A stretch of 64,000 nucleotides of DNA from Spirogloea muscicola (Eukaryota): contig WELB01000001.1 of the NCBI GenBank assembly GCA_009602725.1, positions 155,422-219,421 of the forward strand, written 5' to 3'. Below the pieces are notes generated by a model. The model saw only the letters and a program-made list of their open reading frames with translations. It searched no databases and was not told where the DNA came from. Shown one piece after another: positions 26,348-38,773 of the stretch. The translations under genes and the position numbers were made by a program. The first letter of the stretch is position 1, and every line of letters starts with the position of its first letter.

Positions 26348-26818
26348 GGTCGCGACGGCGGCCGTGATGAGGACGAGGGTTCGACTCCGGGCCGCGTACC
26401 GCCGCCGGAGCAGCGGTCCTGTTGAGGTCGCGGGTGCGACGCCGGACGCGGCCCTGGTTGAGGGGCTGGCCTTGGGCTGCCTTGGTCTTTTCCTTTGACG
26501 GCCGCTCAACCACGGGTCAATACATAAAGGTCACTAATCGAGATGGCGGTGGCTGTGATGTACCAGCCCAGAAAAGAGAAAGAGAGGCCTGCCATAGAAG
26601 GAAAAGAAACAGGAATGGACGTGGGAATGGACAAGGTCCTGACTCTTTGAGGGTCCTGGAGCGCTCTATCACAAAACAAATATCACAAATAAAGCGAAGC
26701 CAACAACACAACGAAGACAAGGCCTGAGACGGCCGACAGGCAAAGCCTTGCCGGCGTCGCCCGCGCCGTCGACAACTGTGGCCGAGCCGGGAGCGGCGCC
26801 GAGCGCGGCGCGGCGGCC

Positions 26819-27609
26819 ATGGCGCTCCGGGGCCTGCTGGCGGCGCCCTGGCGGGCCGCACTCTCCAGGTGCGGTGGCCAGCCGCCACGCACAGCCTCCG
26901 AACGGCCTTCAGCGGAGCCTCTCGCCGAGCTGGCTTCGTTCGCTTCACACGGCGCAGGCCGCGCGGCTGCGTCGCGGAGAGCCGCGGTTGCCATGCTTGA
27001 CGACCTGCCATTGACTATGGCGGTGGCGCAGGTCGGCAGCCGGCGAAGGCGGCGGCGGCGCCGGCGTCGCCGCCCGCGCGCTCGCGACCAGGAGCCCGGC
27101 GAAGAGCCTCGCCCGCCGCGGGCCCAAGCGGCCAATGTCGGCCTACCTGTATTTCAGCATCGAGAAGCGGACGGCCATGAAGGAGGAGCAGCCCAGCCTC
27201 TCGTTTGGCGAGCTCAGCAAGGCCCTCGGCGAGGTCAGCCCGGTCTCCGACTAAAGCCTCGCCGCAGCTGCCAATGACTGCTAGCTGACACTGAGCAAGC
27301 CAGCGGGCGTGGGACGCACCTCAGCGTGCCTCTGCCTGAGGCCTTGCATGTAGTGCATGCTGGCTCTCGTCGGGGCCACTGAGCCGCCAGTGGCACTCGT
27401 TCGGAGCCCAATGGCCTGCACATCGAATTTTCGACAAGGAGAGATAATTTCAAGTGCACATGCGCTGTGAGCTGCTGAGCCACGCCCAGCATGTGCAGCG
27501 GTGGTTGAAGCTGTCGCCTGAAGAGAAGCAGCCGTACAAGATCCGGGCCGAGGAGGACAGGCAACGTTACGACGAAGAGGTTCAGCAGCAGCGCTCTGAA
27601 GGTGCCTGA
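26819..27609 (+). CDS. Single HMG-box protein (120 aa) with a mitochondrial-type presequence; exons 26819-26868, 27032-27233, 27499-27609
   Basis: Spliced: MALRGLLAAPWRAALSRSAAGEGGGGAGVAARALATRSPAKSLARRGPKRPMSAYLYFSIEKRTAMKEEQPSLSFGELSKALGERWLKLSPEEKQPYKIRAEEDRQRYDEEV...; exon lengths sum to 363 nt in frame. Confidence 0.9.
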
Positions 27610-28379
27610 CTGTCATCTGGCGGTTGCCCTCCTCAAGCATGCCCCATGTCCGCCGCCGACCCTCACGTTCAGCACCCAACATAAAAGTTGTCAGAGAGTG
27701 GTCGCTCTTGGCCAAGCTTGGCCGGGCTTCATTAGGCAGGGAGACCCGGCCTCGCTTTGCAAACGGCTCCAACCCCGCCGCTCAAGTGCACGACGATGAG
27801 ACTCGGCAGTCTGTAGGCTGACCAGCTGGCTGCCAAGCTTCCAATTGCCTCCAGTTGCCAGCTGCCTGATGATCTTGCACCTTGGGCAGCCAGCAGCTAT
27901 ATGCGACCCCATTGCCGTGTTTGCTAGTTGGACTACTTGCATACGTAGATTCTTACTCCTTGCAACCAGCACAGGTAGTCCTATGGTCCTTGACGTCACA
28001 TCTTGTGCTCAGCGTGACCTGTAGAGGTCCTGCTGGATTTCCACTTAGACTCCTTTATGGAACGGCCACAAGAGGTCCCCATTGCCCAGCAGAGGAAGTG
28101 AGGCACTTGCATGCTGAGGTCAGGAAAGTAAGGCAGTCATTTGCAGGCCAACTTGCGCTCATCCCTTGGCCCCTGGAACCTGCAATGACACTGAATGCTT
28201 GCGTGCAACAGCGTCAGCTAGAATAGCAGCTGTTTGAGGAACCATTGCCTCCTGCCAATGCCACCATCGTTGACCTCAAATAGTAATTTGCTTCAGTCCT
28301 GTGCTGAGAGGGACTGTAGCTTCTCCAAGGTGGGCTCGGAGCTTGAAGATCCACTATTAGAGAATGTGACCATCATTGG

Positions 28380-30061
28380 GGTCAATTTACTGTGCTTTTA
28401 GCAACTTGGAAAGATCACAGCCTGGATCCCGGGCCGCCAAGTCCGTGAAGCTTACATCACGAGCTGTGGCCATACCGTTCTCAGATGATGTCTACATGGT
28501 GGTGCNCAAAGGCGCCAGCAGCAGCCCAGCGTCCGTCTGGCCAATCTGCTGGAGCGTATTCAGAATTTCGGTTGTTGCTAACGATGACTAGCCGGCAATG
28601 ACTAACTTGGTCACAGAGATGCTGAAAGATCTCTCGATGTCTACCTGCGTAGCAGACTTGCTTGTATGCTTGCAAATACGACATAAAATCCTCTAACCCA
28701 CACCTTCAGATTTGCTGGAAACTGATGGCAAGGTCAGATTCTTTGTCACACTTCCAGTATGTCCTCAAGAGTTTCCTGGAGCAAAATGGTTTTTGGGTAA
28801 CGAAACAGAAGACCTGGATGCTAAAACATACAGTCTGTTAAAGTTCACATCAAAAGTAGCGTGATGGTGAGTTTATCAGCACGCCATTTTTCCAGGAATG
28901 GCGTGCTCTCTTGGCTTTTATTAACAACTCCTCTAAGACAGAGAATTGTACAACAGACCTGCTTAATAGCAAGGAAGAATCTGGAAAATCAACTTGCCGT
29001 TTGCCTGCCAGCCTCGAGGTTGCCACTACAGTGCTTGGAATGTACAGATGTCACAAATGTGAGTCATACAATCTAGCTTTCAGTTGCTTGAGTCAATTAA
29101 ATTATGCGATGAAGGTTTATGTAAGAGAAATTCCCGATTCCTGTACGTCCAAGGAGGAAGCTGCAAAACGATGGCCTTCCGTGCTCGCCGAAGAGCTCGA
29201 AGGGCACTTTCAATCTTGTTGAGTTGCTCAACGGTCTTCTGCAAAGCCGGCCAGAAATTACTGGTCAGATGATTCTCAGGCATCGTCGCTGCAATTTGAT
29301 AGTGTGTTGGTAAGGTCCAAAAGGCTGTTCAAATACTCTCAACGACCATATTGTGCTCTTCTTCAATTGAACCCAGCAGACCCCTGTATGCAAGACAAGC
29401 GTGAGGCACCACTGGACTGCTTGTGTACAGCTTGTCAAGAACTGCTTGTGTACAGCTTGTCAAGGAGGGGAAGGTACCATACTTGGATTTTGCCATCTGT
29501 TTGTTCATACACAGTTGGGTTCTGAGATTTTGAAATTCTTCGATAGTGCCCTCCCCTCAAGCCTGTCGTGCAGAGTAATATCAGATTCCCTATGAAGTAT
29601 GACACAAGGCCCAAGGGAGATTACGTCTAACAACTGCAGCTGAAGATGCAATGTTCTCCATGTGTGCCACATGTGGTACTTGGAAATACCGATATAAACC
29701 TCGTGAAGAGGCCTTCCAAACGTACTGGTCAATGCTTCAAGTGATGAAAGATAGCAGCAAGAGGGAGAGCTCAACTGGTTAGCTAACCTGCACTGTGCTC
29801 TTGTACGTCGTCTTGCTTCTCCGCTTCTCGGGCAGGAGCTTCCTGCAGCTGCTTTGGCTGAGGCAAATCCGACTCCAAAGCTTTGTTTCCGAGAGCAAGC
29901 TGGCCGTAGGACCAAGCCTGGTCCTCGCTGAATATGACAAAGTCATTGCTGGGGTCCTCAGCTGCCGGAGGGACTGCCGGTGCCGCCTCACTTGGGGCCA
30001 GGCGGGATAGCAGCAGGACCAGCAGCGCGGCCACAGCGCCAGTGCTGGGCGCAACTTTCAT
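28380..30061 (-). CDS. Hypothetical protein with signal peptide; downstream exons unresolved, may be a pseudogene
   Basis: MKVAPSTGAVAALLVLLLSRLAPSEA ends at a GT donor near 29787; later exon-like blocks contain stops. Confidence 0.4.
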
Positions 30062-30559
30062 CGCCGCCTGCGACGGGTGGCTGCGCTCTGCAGTGCCGCG
30101 TCGGAGCAGCAGAGAAGCAGCACTCTTTGTGGGCAGAGCGCGAAAGCGGCTGAGCGGCGGGGCGGCTGGGAAGAATGCGGATGTTAAGAGAGCGGCTGTG
30201 GAAGCCCGAAGCCGGCTGGGAGAGGGCGCCTCGGGTCCTCTGAGACGGCCAGACGGAGATCGCCGCGCCCCTTCCTGGAGGTGTAGAGCTCGTCTGTACG
30301 TCTCAAGCGGCAGCCGCTGGGCGAGCAGGCGCTAAGGCCTGGTCGAAGCCTGGCGAGCGGGCGGGCGCAAGGAAGCAAGCAAGGAAGCAAGGAAGCTGGT
30401 CGCGAAGGGGCAACGGTTAGTCAACCGGGCCCTCGTGGCGGTCAACTCAACCCCGGGCGGGGCCCGCCCATTTGTCACCTGACGTCGATGCACGAACAGC
30501 CGAAACTGCACACGCCTCCAAAACTGCCACACCGGCGCGCGCTTCTGCCCTATGCTCCT

Positions 30560-31155
30560 CTGATCGGGGCGTGGGCCTCGTCTGCTCCTGGACGTGGTAC
30601 TGATCGACGAGTACAAGGCTGGCGCACCCACGTCCACCGTGTCTGGCTGGGCCACGTCCAGCGCGGAGCGCAAGAAGGAGCGGCACTACCAGGTCCATCC
30701 CCGAGGGGACCATCTTTATCCGTGTGCCGTGGATATTTACGGAGGCTACGGCGTGAAATGGTCCTCACTGATCCAGCATCTGGCCCGGCTGGTTGATGCG
30801 CGTCGTCGAAGTCGGGGGGGCAGCTTGGGCCACTCCAGCATTCCGCAGGCCTTAGTTGCATATCATAGAATGCGGCTCTCACTTAGTTTGCAGCGCTCGC
30901 GAGCATTGGCTCTTCATCAACGTCCAGGGCGCGCTTCAAGTCAGGCCTCCGGCTTTCGTGGCGGCGCTCCAGCACCCCAAGTTAGCTTGTCGAATTTGTT
31001 TGTGCTCACCCGTGGGTACTGATGTCACCTTAGGCACCTTGGTTAGGTTTTCATATTATGTAGCCCTGTTTACTTTGCCCTAGACTCTGCCTGAACAATG
31101 TATCGGCTTGAATTGGCCTCCATTTCATTTCATGCGCCCCGCGCGCCTTCTCTCT
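30560..31155 (+). mobile_element. 5'-truncated CRE subfamily B copy (endonuclease C-terminus plus 3' UTR)
   Basis: LLDVVLID...AERKKERHY...LYPCAVDIYG...LSLSLQRSRALALH...LFVLTRGY*, then the B-type 3' end and TCTCT tail. Confidence 0.85.
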
Positions 31156-32268
31156 TTCTCAACCTGATGTATCTTGGTTTCTTAATTGCGACTGATAAGA
31201 TGTTCATGACGAGGCAGGATAGCGAACAGTCCGCTGCTTTCCGGTGTATATGATCGTTGACCTATCAGTCACTGATTGACAATCTCTTAGCTGGCCCGGC
31301 AATCGGCAAGCCCCCGCCCCCTGCCTGGCTAGTGGGGTCAGGTCTCACGTTTTACTACCGCGTCCAATCTCCTGGTTTACTTCCCGCGTCCGCAGTCTTT
31401 GGTTCCTCCCGCCTTCCGTTCATTCCTTTGGGCTGGCTACTCACAGCCCATTGCCTTACAATAAAAGAGCTGTTTCTTCCTTCCTGCGATCGTCCTCTGA
31501 TTCCAGCTCGTCTCTGGCTCTATCAGTTACGCGGCGTCAGAAGAACTACTATAACAAACATCTTCATCTGGATATTAGAAGCTCATTTCAACTTGGCAAT
31601 GGCTGTGAGAGGCCAGCCAACAATGAATGGACAAAGTCCGGTGGGACCAGAAAGCACAAAGCACACAGCTACACTGAGTGATGACTACTTTCGGAGCTCA
31701 ATCACCCCTAGTCCACATTGCAGCAGGGCGAGTAGCTCAAGCTGCGCCGGGTCACTCGCTCAGGTGTACGTGTGCGCTTCTGCAAATCGAGGCAGCATTC
31801 CCAGGCGTCCGCCGTGCATTCGAAAAGCTGTGCCTTGGCTGCCGCCTCTGGGTTGGCGAATCTTTCCAGCTGCGACTTACTCTAACTTCGACTTGCGGCT
31901 GTTAACTAGGGATAGCAATCAAGGTGGACTGGCGTGCACAGCAGCTCTACGCCAGCATATGTAGGCAATATGCCAGAGCTGTTGAGCAGACATCTTTTGG
32001 AGCTCGCTCTGCACGTAGACCAGGCGTCATCGAGGTATTGCAGTGCGTGGCATTAATATACGTGGAAGCACTGCCAATGACCGCACTGGCACTTCATGAA
32101 GACTGGGAACGCCATGTACACGACATGCATCATGCATCATGCATTGGCAGGTTGCATCTTTTTGGACACCATTCAAGCGAAGCCCATGCAGTCTGTGCTG
32201 GCCATGCATGGCCTGGATGCAAAGCAGCAATTGTGGAGGTGCAGGTTACCCAAGGAGATCCTTTTACT

Positions 32269-33538
32269 CGCATGGGCGGCCTTGGCTGCCGGTCGTTGGA
32301 GCAGACGGCGCAAGCAGCCTTCCTGGGCTGCTGGCACCAGATCGCCTCCCTGCTCCCCATGCGCTTCCCTTGCCTCCACGACCCTGTACGCAATGTGGAG
32401 GAAGGCTCCTTCCCCTTCCAAGCGGATCTGAGGAGCATCCGCGACTCAGCCATCAGCTCTTTCCCCTCTCTCCAACCCCTACTCACGCCATTCTCCACCC
32501 TCGCCCAAGCTTCTGATAGAGGGGCACAATCCAGACTGGTTACGGCAGTGGAAGACGAACGCCGCAGAAGGTTGAGGAGGCTGCCAGAGATTCAGAACAA
32601 TCCGAGGAGCTTGGCAAGACTCACTTCTCTGGCCACACCTGGTGCCACTGACTGGATCACCTCTCCCCCCGTCGCCAACGCCTTCAGCATCAGCTCCGAG
32701 GCCTTTCGGACATCGCTTCAACTCTTCCTCGGCCTCCCACCTAATTGCCTGATTGGGGTGCGCCAGTGCGAGTGCGGCTTCCGTGCAGAGGGTGCTGTGC
32801 TCGCCACTCACATGCTGAGATGCCCCACTGGACCAGAAGTGGTGGGCATTCACAACCTCCTTCGCGATGCCCTGGCGGGCTTGATGCGCGACGCCGGCTA
32901 CCGTGCGGTCGTGGAAGTCAACAATATCATGCCTATCACCACGGACGCCCAGGGACGTCATCATCGCCGCACACTTGACATTGTGGGCGTGCAACCTGGT
33001 GGAGGACCACGGGCCCTGGTCGACGTTGTTGTTACGGAGGCATATAAAGGCCCAGCATCAACACACATTGCTGGGCACGCAGTGGGCGGAGCAGAGCAAA
33101 GAAAACTGCGGCATTACTCCGATTACCCCCAATGCGATCAACTCCTGCCAGCTGCAATCGACATCTTTGGCTGTCTGGGTCCTCGCTTCCACACTCTGCT
33201 TCAAAACATTGCCAATCTAGGCTACACTCGACGCGCAGATGTGTTTCCGGCTGAGATGGGCTTGCCAGCTGCATATCTGTCGCTCTTGCGACGTCGAGTT
33301 TCGGCCTGTTTGCAGCGTGCTCAGGCTAGTGCCTTGCACCAGAAAGCTGGGCGAGCTCTAGTAGGTGGCAGAAGGGCTCCGTTCCTGGCATCTAGTATTC
33401 ATGCATCGAGTAGTGACCTTTATGTTTTGACCCGTGGTTATTGAGCGGGTCAATCTGCTGTAGGTTATGTAGAATTTTAGATGTGCTTGCCTTTGTACCT
33501 GGCCATTTGGCCTACATTTCTTTCTAATACACGATCTC
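32269..33538 (+). mobile_element. 5'-truncated CRE-clade non-LTR retrotransposon, subfamily A (post-RT region, CCHC knuckle, restriction-like endonuclease), ORF open to 33444
   Basis: RMGGLG...DWITSPP...FRTSLQLFLGLP...CECG..HMLRC...IHNLLRD...LDIV...LVDVVV...AEQRKLRHY...LPAAIDIFG...VSACLQRAQ; candidate TSD TCCTTYTACT. Confidence 0.9.
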
Positions 33539-34167
33539 TCCTTCTACTTTCAAGATGGAGCGGCACAACATGGGCGCTCTTGTACTGGCAGGGAAGGGTC
33601 TTGCAAAATTAAGCAATGCCCACTTGCTGCACCGCTTGGAGGAGTGATGTCTTGCATTGCTAGTCAAGCCTGACGGCTGCCGCGAGCTCGCATAGAGGAC
33701 CGCATATTCGCCAGTGTAGCTCGTCCAATGCCTGCAAGGGGTACTGTGACACTCTGCAGCTTTTCCAGCCTGAAGCTCTGGCACCGTGACTTTATCCTAT
33801 GTCTGCCAAATGTGCACGTTCTGATCGGCCTTCTATACCCACATTTTACCTCAGCAGCCATGTCCACTTCTTGGGCGGCCACTCACGACGACCCACTGGA
33901 TCCATAGCTCACCACCATCTCCGACCACTAGCCCCGGCTCCAGCATCAGCTGCGTCCAGCTTGGAAGAGCTTCTACTTTCCTGAGTGGCTTGTGCTGTTC
34001 TTCTTCTTCTTGTGCTGTTCAGCTCCTTTAAACATCGTCCATTCCTTTTCGGCTGGCCTTTCCTTCTGGGCTGGCCTCTCATACCCATATTCTCCATAGA
34101 AAAGGCGTCCCATTTGTTTGCGAGCCCCATATCTTCGGTCCACCCTCACTTCTATCTATTTCTTTGG

Positions 34168-34226
34168 AATGTATTGGCTTGAATTGGCCTCCCTTTCAAT
34201 TCATGCGCCCCGCGCGCCTTCTCTCT
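34168..34226 (+). mobile_element. Solo 3' end of CRE subfamily B
   Basis: aatgtattggcttgaattggcctccctttcaattcatgcgccccgcgcgccttctctct. Confidence 0.8.
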
Positions 34227-34343
34227 TTGGAGAGTTCCGAAGTCTTGGTCAGCCCCTCAATCCCAAACCCAATTCCTGGCACGCAGCCTCTCCGCTGCGG
34301 CGTCTGCCGTCCAGGGGACGGCGCTCCTGCCGCCGCCGTGGCC

Positions 34344-37300
34344 ATGGCTGGCAACGGCGCGCCGATGTCCGGGTCCGTGGCTGCTGCTGCTCCACCTAGT
34401 GCACCTCTCCTGGCCGTCACAGCCAGCGCGGTCACAGCTCGCGCAGGTGCGGTGAGGAAGGCGAGCAGCCCAGGGCCAGCTGCCGGAGCCCGGCAGCATG
34501 GCGCTGCGGCTGTCGGCGTCGGATGCGGCGCCGAAGTCGTCGCTGAGTCGTCCCCGTCGAGCACGCGGGAAATCAGCGAGCCCCGCGACTCGCGGCGGCG
34601 CGGCGCCCCAGGAGCCAGCTCCCCAGCACCGGCCGGTGATGTCCGGCTGGCGCTGCTGTCGGCGCTGGCGGCGACGAGCTGGCAACAGCAGGTCTGGGAT
34701 TGTGGCCTTGCACACAGGCCTGCGTTTCACCCCGCCAGCGTGCGAGGGAGCTTCAAGTGCAAGCCCTAGCTACCTGAAGCTTGCTCCATGGACTTTCTCA
34801 GCGATGTTAGATGCCTCTTGGGTCTTCTTGTTTGATGGTCAGATAGTGGTATAAAGTGGTTGTCACCTCAATTAGTATCTTGGTTCATTTGTAATTTTCA
34901 AAACCTCAAAGCCTACACCTCCTTAACCTCAACCCAAACCCCAAACCTCAAACCCGTTGCTGCGTTCCTTCCTGTCCGCTTCTTGACCCATGGCGTCAAA
35001 AGCTGCTGGGGCTTCGAGGTGACTCATGGATTGGAGCTCAACGTCACCGGCTCGTGCTGAAGCCCTAAACTTCTTACCCTCGCCAATGTACTCTTACATT
35101 GCAGCGCACCTTTCTGACAGCCAGCCTTTCGTGTCCAATTGGACGTCGCTTCAGGTCCAGCAGGCGACTGCACTGGTCAGCCAGGGCACGTCCAGGCTCC
35201 GCAAGATACTGTGGCCCCTCCCCAGCAGCTTCCCTCCGGGCCCCGGCGGCGACTCGGCAGTGGCTCTGGCGGGTGACCCCCTGGGGACTCTGGAGCGGCT
35301 ACGAGAGGAGTATGGCGGAGCAGTTGGCATCAAGCTGGCTGGGGAGCCCGTCGTCGTCATCAGTGACCCGTAAAACTGCTAGCATGCCCACAGCCCACGA
35401 GACGAGCTGTGATCATCTAGATGATGTCGCGACTGTATCCAGGCTTGTGCATACTCGGTGAAGTTGCATGGGAATGATTTTGTACCGTTGCTCGCTCTGC
35501 TGCCATTGCCAGGACAAGAGAGCTCCTGGCTCATTTGCTAGTTACACTACAGAGTGCTCCTTTTAACAGTACTTCCCTGCCTCCTCGAAGTAGCTTAGTT
35601 GCCCTTACAGCCAACTATTCCAGCAATGTAGGATCCGGTGGTGATGCCCGCCTCTCGAATGCAGGGACCTGGCAAAGGACATCCTGGTGACCAAGGCAGA
35701 CATCTTTGTCAAGGTGGTACACCTTGTCTAGCCAGCACGATCTGCACATCTCAAATTTGGGAACTGAGCACTTGAAGCACAACATGCAGGTGTGCTCTTT
35801 CATACGCTAGTATATCTAAGTGGGGATTGTGTTCGAGCTTGTTCTCATGTGTGCACTCTGTGCTTCTGTCAGGCAGGCACTGCGTTTTTCCCTGGAAGCA
35901 GCCTGGCCGGCAATGGCCTGCTTGTCTCTGACGGCGCGACCTGGCGTCGGCAGAGGCGCCTTGCCAACCCGGCCTTCCGCAAATCTGCTGTGGACACATA
36001 TGCTGCTGTGAGGATAATACCTTGCGTCCTCCATTGCCTATCTGCTGCCTTGTGCACCTGATTTGTCAGATGTCTACTCTCTCTTATTCTGGGGCATGTG
36101 CTTGTACTTCAAGGAATTCAATCAGCAAGAATCGATTGTGCAAGTGGGAGAGCTCATGCCAAAGCTTGAGTAGTACAGGCCGACAATCAAGCTCAACAGG
36201 AAGAGGGACATAATTGTCATCATGCATTGTCACAATTCGAGGCGCTTGTTGCTGACCCTTCTGCTCTTTCAGGCAATGGTGGAGGCAACAGATCGACTGT
36301 TGAACAATCATTGGAACCGTGGCGGAATCCAAGACATCTACGGGGACTTCAACAAGCTGACATTGGAGGTCGTGCTCACCGCCCTCTTTGGAGGTGGAGA
36401 AGACATGGAGGATGTGGGGCCAGCAGTCACCACAGCCTTTGACTTTTTCGCACGTAGGGCAACGTCCATGATCATAGGTGGGGTCAGCATGCGGGAACTT
36501 CATGAGAAGAGTCGCTGAACCGATGGCCAAGTTAATAGTTGTCATTAGTTGCATAGCGAGGTTGTTGTGCTTGTACCTTCTGTATTGGCTTAATTAAGAA
36601 AGATTGCGTACCTAGAGGTGGCATCTAGCAGCTGGGCATTTTCAAAAATAACGCTAGTCAATTGTCAGAATTCAAGGCAATCGATGGCATATGAAGTTTT
36701 CTGCACTGACCCATGTCTGAGCTTTGCACGATTCAGTCCCAGAGTGGATACCCACGCCCGACAACATGCAATACAATGCGGCTGTCTCGCGACTCGACAG
36801 ACTGGTGTATGACCTCATCGAGCGGAGGAGGAGAAGGCTCGAGGAAGTGTCGAGCCATATCCCTGACGTAGCTGGATGCCATCACCCGGTGGATCTCCTG
36901 ATGCGGATGCTGCAGGTACCTAGCCACAAGCACTGGTTCCTGCTATAGCTGGAAAGCAGCCTCACACTGATGCTTGCTGGAGCTGGGCAGAGCTTTGGGA
37001 CGTCATTCTCATGCACCTGAAAAATATGTCGAGGGAAATTGGCAGCTCATCTGTGTATCCTGACCTTGGCCTTTGTTTCAACATATCAGGCAGGCAACGC
37101 AGAAGGTGACTAGAAGTATTGTCATGTCACTCGATAGCCTCTGTGCTTGATCATAAGCCTCTTCTCCTCAGGTGAAAGACGACGATGGCTCGGGGATGAG
37201 CAACATGGCGCTTCGAGATGAGCTCATGACACTCCTGATTGCAGTGAGTCTACATTAGGTCTGCTGATTAGCACCTTTTTCGTTTCTAGGTACTCTTGAT

Positions 37301-38773
37301 TTCTGAAGCATCTGACAATTTTCCCTTCGCAAGCACCTTGTAATCGTCTTGTCAGTACCACACTTCTGATACTAGTCAACCTCAATCATTCATGGTATTG
37401 TCATAATTTTGCTTTCGAATATTTTGCTCTTGGATGGCCTTGAATATATCAGAACCCTCTCCTTCACTACCTTGAGGCCTCCGCAGGGCCAGGAGACATC
37501 GGCAATCCTCTTAGCATGGGCCTGCACGTTGTTGGCTCATCATCCTGGTAGCCAGGCCAAAATGGTTGCGGAAATTGACAAGCTTGTTGGCAATGAGAGG
37601 CTCGACCATGTCAACTGCCAGCAACTCAGGTCAACACAAGGTCTCTCTTTTTTTGTCTTGACACTGCTATCATCTCAAGCACATATTGTCTGTTAGCCGC
37701 ATTGAAATCGAGTAAGTCAATTGCCAGATTGCATGAAGACATGACTAAGCGCAGCTGAATTCACGCCTCAATTATCAGGTTCACCAAAGAATAGCTGAAT
37801 TGTTCAGGTGCTGACCTGAAGACATGTAAACTAGTCAGAAAGCACTGGCCTTCATGTCTTGTGCTGGTTATTTTGCAGGTACACGGAAGCAGTGGTTTGG
37901 GAGACAATGCGGCTGATGCCGCCTGCGTACATCGTTGGTCGGTGCGCGAGCAAAAGCACCCAGCTGGCAGATTGGCATGTAGCGGCTGGCACCACGGTGC
38001 TGGTCAGCCCGTATTTGCTGCACCGAGACCCTGCTCACTGGCCCAGGTCGCTGTCCACCCTAGCATACATCTCAGCTGCTCACGGTGTGATATTCATCAT
38101 TGTCTTTGTCAGCAACTTTGGTATGCACTGCCCGTGGGTACTTCTCTATACCTCATTGAGAAGGACCAGTATTATGTAGCCAAGGTCATACCTAGGACAG
38201 CAGCAGTCACAAACTGCTATTTTCCATGGCCCCACAAAGAGAATACTGCACCGATAGACTTTCCATGCTAGCCTTCAACTAAACTCAAAGAAGTCCAGGA
38301 AGTGGCAAGGCTGATGATTCTTACATTGTGCACTGTTGGCAGAGCCCTTGAGTTTGACCCAGATAGGTGGCTTGAGGGAGGCGATGCAGCTCCCTTGAAC
38401 GAGAACACTTCCTATTGGCCATTTGGTGGGGGCCCGCGGAATTGCATAGGCACGGGTTTTGCCATGATGGAGGCATCTCTGGTAATTGCAGATTTCCCAA
38501 GTCATATACAACGTTGAGAAACCTTCCCAGAGCCTAATTTGGCCGCAGGCCTGAAACTGCACTGGTTTTATCTGCAAGCTTGTCCAGTGCCAAGCAGATG
38601 GGTGCAGATGGGCAACTGACTGGTGCTTGGGATGTGAACTGCAGGTGCTTGCTTCAGTGGCTCGTAGATTCACATTAAGGCTTCCGGATGGCAATGACCC
38701 TCCTAAGCCTCGTGCAATGATTACCCTGCGACCAGCAGGAGAGGTGAAGATTCAAGTCACGCCACGGACATGA
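34344..38773 (+). CDS. Cytochrome P450, CYP746-like, with a transit-peptide-like N-terminus; about 11 exons
   Basis: [56 protein letters not shown] (I helix); ETMRLMPP (ExxR); [17 protein letters not shown] (heme Cys). Family from recall. Confidence 0.93.

Noticed and set aside
26340..26396. tRNA-like signal (GGTTCGACTCC B-box, GCGGCC/GGCCGC ends)
   Set aside because: Only about 56 nt with no anticodon arm; lies in GC-rich sequence at the Mini-III start
31924..33444. 506-aa ORF as one gene
   Set aside because: The first ~110 codons lie outside the TSD; chance read-through into a truncated CRE
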